Assembly (NCBI GenBank): GCA_964016885.1
Contig: OZ024742.1
Span: 237,894,001 to 237,958,000, forward strand
Reading direction: 5' to 3'
Length of the DNA: 64,000 bases
Source: Eledone cirrhosa
Lineage: Eukaryota
In this document: one piece after another, positions 57,812-64,000 of the stretch
Numbering within the stretch: position 1 is the stretch's first letter
Layout: each line of letters opens with the position of its first letter
Made by a program: the position numbers and the translations under genes
Notes under the pieces: generated by a model
The model's input: the letters and a program-made list of their open reading frames with translations, nothing else
Told to the model about the DNA's origin: nothing
Databases searched by the model: none

Positions 57812-57960
57812 TTGTACCACCATTACTATTTATACCATCACCACGATCGCCCCACAATCATTACTACTACTACTACCACCACCACCACCACTACTGCTAC
57901 TGTTATTACTACTAGCACCGGTGCTGCTACTACTACTAATAATACCGCTACTACCACGAC
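57642..57960. repeat. Compound (TAC)n/(AAT)n/(CAC)n microsatellite
   Basis: Direct reading; one of dozens of TA, CA, GA, CATA and AAT tracts in the window. Confidence 0.95.
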
Positions 57961-58029
57961 AGGGATAGCAACAACATTAGATACACGACACCTAATGCTA
58001 ATACTAACATTTTGAGAGAGAAAGAGAGA

Positions 58030-58096
<67 letters not shown>

Positions 58097-58364
58097 ACCA
58101 ACTGCTCACTTACTAAAATACAAAAAGTAATCAAAAATATATGACAATGAAGAAAATAAAAAAAAATATCAAATCTACTGTTGCATCACTTCCCCCTCAT
58201 CATCTCAGCTCATTCTCCCTCTCTTTCTCTATCTCTTTTAATCTACCTCTCTCTTCTGCACACTAGTACCGCTGACAACATTCTGCCTCTTTCGTTTATC
58301 TGTCTTTCTCTCTCACACTATCTCTCTCTCTGTGTCTTCGTCTTGGTTTGTGTTGTTGACGAAG

Positions 58365-58434
<70 letters not shown>

Positions 58435-58712
58435 GCCGTCATGCTCTAGTGTGAGTGAAAAAAAAAATAACAGTAGTGATAATAGCGCTGGTGACCAAAC
58501 CCAAACCAGCAAACACACCAACCAACCAACCAAGGAAACCAACCTACAAACCAACCTACAAACCAACCTACAAACCAACCACAAACCAGCCAACTAAGCC
58601 ATAGACAAACAATGACATATCTTACACAGTAATAATGTAAAATCTTAGCTGTCAACACCTGTGAGATATACATATATATACAAAACAAATACAAACACTT
58701 TCACGCATATAC

Positions 58713-58827
<115 letters not shown>

Positions 58828-59394
58828 ATGTATATGTATAAGTATATATATATGTATATATTATTTACTTTTTCGAGGTTGCTGTCGTAACAAGAATATG
58901 TTTGTTTTTGTTGGCTTGGGCTTCTGTACCGACCATCGTCTCACCACTATCCTTCTCGTTGCTGCTTGCTGTCCTTAGCTTTAAAATTCTCTCTTCCAAT
59001 CTATCGCCTTTCATTTACTGATGAAATGGAATGCATTCTTTAGATAACAATACACTTCGACCCTCCTACACGTCCAAGCGGATGGGAAGCGCCAAAAACA
59101 CCTGGAACACTTACAAGTATGAGAAACTTTGGGTGGATGAATCCGCAAAAGGTAAGTGTCTGTGAAAGTTCAGTGTGAGCGCATATATAAATGGTCAATT
59201 CCCACCTAGGAAAACCGCGTAAATCATAGATAAAACTTGTGCCTCAATCCATATATAGATGATGTATATACACTTCTTCCACATACACACATACTTGCGC
59301 AAATACATACACACATACATATAATGTTAATTAAAGGCGGTACCACTATAAGTCCTCGGTCCAATACGCGAAACTAGTTATGAAAATATATAAC

Positions 59395-59952
59395 TACATA
59401 CATACATGCATGCATATATACATGGCTACATACATGCATGCATACATAGATACATGCATACATACGTACATACATTTATACGTACATACATACATGCATG
59501 CATGCATACATACATACATACATACATACATACATACATACATACATACATACATACATACATGCATACATACATACATACAAATGCATACATACATACA
59601 TACATACATACATACATACATACATACAATCATACATACATTCATGCATACATGCATTCATTCATACATACATACATACATACAAATGCATACATACATA
59701 CATACATACATACATACATAATACATAATACATACATACATACATACATACATACATACATACATACATACATACATACATACATACAAATGCATACATA
59801 CATACATACATACATACATACATACATACAAATGCATACAAATGCATACATACATACATACATACATACATACATACATACATGCATACATACATACATA
59901 CATACATACATACATACATACATACAAATGCATACATACATACATACATACA
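59395..59952. repeat. (CATA)n microsatellite
   Basis: Direct reading. Confidence 0.95.
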
Positions 59953-60358
59953 AATATATATTGATGTTTAATGAATTGAACAGTGTATTTAGCAAGAAAC
60001 CCTAGGATCTGGAGTCACTTCTATCTCATCGCGGTCATAATAACACACAAACGCACACATATTTCTGCTACATGAATCTATCGATATTTCTTATATTTAT
60101 CGATCTATTTGCATCTTTCTCACACTTTCTCCTCCTTTCACACTCTTTCTACTTCTTGTTCCTGCTGCCTCTCCTCCATGTATGCATGTATGTGTATTAT
60201 GTGTGCATGCATGTATGTGTTTGTATGTAGGTTGTAGGTTATGTAGTATATAAATATGTATGTGTATATTAAGTATATATTTGCATATACATTTCTATCT
60301 CTCTACCTTTGTATATACATCTATATATAGATATATAGACACATATTTGTATATAAAT

Positions 60359-60443
<85 letters not shown>

Positions 60444-60696
60444 CATACACATTCATACATATATGTACACACACACACACACATACACACAGATAAATAG
60501 ATATAGATATATAAGTTTATCCCGGGTTCAATCGGGGGTAACCACAGTTAGTAAGGTACTCAACACATAGCAGAGTATAGATATCTAATATAGAAATGGC
60601 TTCTACAGGACTAGAAGTTTTCTCCCGAATGAAACAGTTCTAGTCCTGTAGAAGCCATTTCTATATTAAATATATATATATATATATGTGTGTGTG

Positions 60697-60742
<46 letters not shown>

Positions 60743-61047
60743 ATATATATCAGGTAGACGCGCGCCATCATCCACTTTTCTAAAAAACAAATCATACACA
60801 AAACGTCAGCACCAACAGTTTTGCAAGAGATGTCAACATGAATGGACCTATTATTTGTATCTAATGACATTTTTTGCAATTTCATCCCGCCCGTCCCCTT
60901 AATCTATTTTATTTCTCATTATTTCTTCTGATGAAATGACTAACGTCCGAAACGTTAAGACCCTCTTCCTGCTATATCAAGCGTTAACCTAATATATACC
61001 TTCCATATACTATACCGATTGTGTTGTTATTTCTGTTTACCTTTTAC

Positions 61048-61178
<131 letters not shown>

Positions 61179-61500
61179 CATCCACATGTTCCAACGTAGC
61201 ATACATTAAAAGTGAACGCGTGCCTCAATTTTCTGCAACGCATTGCCGACTGTTCACTAGCACAAGACTCTGTAGCTTATTGTGTTTTATAATGACGTTT
61301 ACCAAGTTTCAGATGTATCACAATGTCAAAACACGCCAATTGCTGGTTACTAGTTCCTAAATTGCTATTTATGAAAAGTAAAGAGAGCTATGTAGCTACT
61401 ATGTGCCTTACATACATATACCTGCACACACACGCACACACATACACACACATACACACACACATATATATATATATATAGTTATACAATATATAATTAT

Positions 61501-61550
<50 letters not shown>

Positions 61551-61905
61551 TTATATATACGTTCTCACGTGCATATATATGTACTTACATAAATACATAT
61601 GTAAATACATATGTGCATACATACATATATATGTACACAGAGATATATACATGCATACGTATATACACACATACACACGCATACACACATATATATAAAA
61701 ATGTGTGTTTGTGTGTGTGTGTGTGTGTGTATGTGTCTGTGTGTGTGTGTGTGTGTATACACAGATACGTACATCCATTCATACATGCATGCATACATAT
61801 TTATCCCACTTACCACATATGTCTATCCTCCCCAACCATTCTCCCTTTTAGGCACTCACATTTCCACCCTCATCTTTACACCCCCAGCCAATCCTACTTC
61901 TAACG

Positions 61906-62031
61906 TATCTCCACTTTGATCCATATCTCCACTTTGATCCATATCTCCACTTTGATCCATATCTCCACTTTCATCCAATTCTCCACTTTGATCCATATCT
62001 CCACTTTGATCCCCATCCCCACTTTGATCCA
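61906..62031. repeat. 18-bp minisatellite, 7 units
   Basis: (tatctccactttgatcca) x7 with a few variant units. Confidence 0.9.
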
Positions 62032-62478
62032 ACAAGAACTTATTAGAAGCAGATACGAATACTTGCAACACAGTGGACTCCGCTAAAAGCTCCCCAAAAG
62101 CAGGTGTTGATGTCTAACACAAACACCAATAATTCCATACATCGGTACAAAGCTATAACATTCTCGGCTCACTGGTAGGGGTTGTCGTTGACTGAATGTA
62201 AACCAATATATTACTGGGAGTTAACTAGATATTGATAGAAATAACATCTGACATTGTGTTATTTCTCTCACTCAATTTCCTTTATAAAAATAATGGTAAG
62301 TTCCACTAGAAGGTTAATTCACCTGGTAGAAATAATACGCAAATCTGCTTCAAACGTACTCCACTCTCCTTTAAAACGATATTCACTAGACAATGTAGTT
62401 CGGTTTTCATTGGGTAAAGGGAAGGATAATCAGTAGATATAACAATAATATAATGGTTATAACACAACTACTACAAAT

Positions 62479-63480
62479 AATTGTTTCTACTATTGGCACA
62501 GGGCCAGTAATTATCCCAGTGCATTACTGGTACTTTATTTTATCGACCCCGTAAGGATGAAAGGCAAAGTTAACCTCGGCGGGATTTGAACTCAGAATGG
62601 CAAGGACCGTAACTCTATGCGTCAACGCATGGCACCGCCCCTCAACCGATACTGCCAATTCACTGCCCTACAAATAATATATAATTTTGGCACAAGACCA
62701 GCATTTAAGGATAGGAAGAAACTCAAAGTTAACTTCGGCGGAATTTAGACCCAGAAACTAAGGGGCCGTAACTAAATGCTACAAAGCATTGTGTCCCACG
62801 CTCTAACGATATTGCCAAGCCATCTCCTTTCAACTAGTACTAATAATGGTTTCTGATTTAAGCACAAAGGGCAACATTTTTGGGGGGAAAGTAAGTCTTT
62901 TAAATCGACCCCCTTCGCACTACTGATGCTTTATTTTATCGACCCCGTAAAGTTGAAAGGCAAAGTTAACCTGGATGGGATTTGAACCCACAACCTAAAG
63001 GGCTCTAATGATTCTGCCAATTCATTACATTTCAACTACTAATAATGGTTTTTTATATAGGCACAAGGCCAGCAAGTTTGGGGGAGGGGAAAGTCGATTG
63101 AATCGACCCAGTGCGTGACTGGTACTTTATTTTATCGACCCCGTAAGGATGAAGGGCAAAGTTAACCCCGACGGGATTTGAACTCAGATTATAAAGGGCC
63201 GTAACTCTATGCTGTAAAGCATGGCGTCCGACTCTCTATCGATACTGCCAATCCACCGCCCTTTTTCAACTACTAATAATAATAATAATTCTTTCTAGTA
63301 TTGACACGTGGTGTGAAGTTTGGGGGAAGTGCGTTATAGGTACTTTATTTTATCGTCTCCGTAAGGACGAAAAGTAAAGCTAACCTCGGCAGGATTTGAA
63401 TTCACAACGTAAAGTGACGTAACTATGTACTGCAAAGCATGCTTTCCGATGCTCTGTGGATTCTGTCAATCCAACGCCCT
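62479..63480 (-). mobile_element. Head-to-tail chain of five SINEs
   Basis: Copies start near 62479, 62685, 62845, 63043 and 63290; spacers repeat caacta(g)tac/ctaataat. Confidence 0.85.
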
Positions 63481-63489
63481 AATAATAAA

Positions 63490-64000
63490 ACTGGTCAACA
63501 AAACTTTGTTTTTTTTCTGCTGAACTAAGTTTGAGACCTGTCCATTAGTAATTTGGGGCCGCTGAGTTTTAAAATGACAATACTTTTTTTCTATCACGCC
63601 AAGTTATAGCACAAAAACTCGAAAGAAAATAATTTACCCAAATCTGGATTCAGCAATTCGGCCCGTGCTTCACTCAGATGAAGTACCAGTACCCGTTTAC
63701 ACAGAATTACCTTCACTGGAGGATGAAAGTGGTACATGTGTATCAGATGAAAATCATGATCATAACAGTGATACAGACTTTGTAGATACAATAATCAAGG
63801 AACGTGAAAACCTCAACTAGGCAGAACTGAATGATTTAGTTAGAGACGTAGGCCTGTCAAAAGAGTTATCAGAACTGTTAGCTTCTAGACTTAAAGAGAA
63901 GAATATGCTGCAGAAAGAAACAAATGTAACTTTTTATCGGAACAAGGAAAAAGATCTCCTGGCATTCTTTAAAACTGAAAAAGATTTTGTTTACTGTTGT
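63490..64000 (+). mobile_element. DNA transposon relic, probably m44/Sailor-like Tc1/mariner relative; runs off the window
   Basis: Frame from 63635: YPNLDSAIRPVLHSDEVPVP..LN*AELNDLVRDVGLSKELSELLASRLKEKNML..VTFYRNKEKDLLAFFKTEKDFVYC. The family name is from recall only. Confidence 0.7.

Noticed and set aside
59012-59230. CTGATGA at 59018 as a hammerhead; AAG|gtaagt donor at 59150
   Set aside because: No GAAA..NUH placement closes stem I, and there is no supporting acceptor or ORF for an exon.
62470-63485. Repeat-spacer look of SINE chains and TA-separated inserts as a CRISPR-like array
   Set aside because: Units are ~190 bp SINEs or pLTR pieces with irregular spacing in eukaryotic DNA, and there are no cas genes.

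Overview
AT-rich, microsatellite-saturated animal DNA with no recognisable host protein-coding exon. The repeat content looks like a coleoid cephalopod, probably Octopus (inference). The window is almost entirely decayed mobile DNA: two L1/Tx1-type LINE fragments, two Dong/R4-type LINE fragments with a restriction-like endonuclease, an RTE LINE 3' end, Tc1/mariner relics, two Helitrons, about 20 copies of one tRNA-derived SINE, and many Penelope-like element (PLE) pieces, including a 5'-truncated RT+GIY-YIG copy with ~715 bp inverted pseudo-LTRs (pLTRs). The main hidden signal is RNA-level. Reading by eye I find about 24 type I hammerhead ribozyme (HHR) motifs in about 10 sequence families, four of which use a U3-A8 core (UUGANAA). 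Most sit in fold-back PLE-type insertions within (TA)n tracts, built from one tail-less arm and one tailed arm. One family forms a ~420 bp tandem-plus-inverted array that looks like a non-LTR retrozyme. Nothing was computed or searched; family names are from motif recall and boundaries are approximate.
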